A stretch of DNA of 61,641 bases, counting the filler, from Choristocarpus tenellus KU-1152 (taxonomy: Eukaryota > Protista > Phaeophyceae), in NCBI GenBank assembly GCA_964200185.2. It is 11 parts of 11 records of this genome, joined end to end, with 100 filler letters (N's around TTAATTAATTAA, not from the genome) between each part and the next. Parts side by side here need not be neighbours in the genome. Positions count along the whole stretch, not along the records: positions 58,909 to 61,641 come from CAXNAD020025217.1; 10 more parts are not named here. One strand, 5' to 3'. How positions within the stretch are numbered: the stretch's first letter is position 1; each line of letters opens with the position of its first letter. A program made the translations under genes and the position numbers. Shown here one piece after another: positions 61,419-61,641 of the stretch. Below the pieces are notes generated by a model. It did no database searches. It worked only from the letters and a program-made list of their open reading frames with translations, and was not told the DNA's origin.

Positions 61419-61641
61419 GGGTTGGCAGTCGGAGGCAGGAGTGGAGAAGGAGTGGGCAGTATTGAATCAAAGAGGAAACCTGAGGCTGGGGTGGCAGGAC
61501 GATGAGGGCTAGATCAAGACGACCCCCAAGCAAGCTTTCCCGCCCACCCGCCCTTTCACTTGCTCACGACCGACTTGAATCTTAGGGTGGAAGGGGAGGT
61601 CAAATTCGGGCGGGGTAGATGTCTTTTAGCTCAAAGGCACG

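Overview
Eukaryotic nuclear DNA with GT-AG introns and many transposon relics. It is most likely from an ochrophyte or brown alga, an inference from the bipartite plastid-targeting N-termini, TTAGGG-type repeats and TE types. The window is 11 pieces joined by ten artificial 100-nt spacers (44 N + TTAATTAATTAA + 44 N), so adjacency across spacers is not trustworthy. Spliced genes I could rebuild by hand with phase-consistent exons: the 3' end of an RNA-dependent RNA polymerase, a WCRSC thioredoxin, a complete uracil phosphoribosyltransferase, the 5' part of a type III PI 4-kinase, part of a Dispatched/PTCHD2-like protein, and a complete SnoaL/NTF2-like protein. Mobile DNA includes a decayed Copia element, two plant-type mariner transposase relics, two RTE-LINE fragments, a tRNA-derived element and two mutually homologous MITE families (4-bp and apparently 3-bp TSDs). 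The most notable signal is a ~610-bp AT-rich, decayed bacterial pheS-pheT operon junction of Rickettsiaceae type (60811-61418). It lies gap-free inside a host repeat whose middle it has replaced, which points to an endosymbiont-to-nucleus DNA insertion. All protein assignments are motif recognition by eye; no searches were run.
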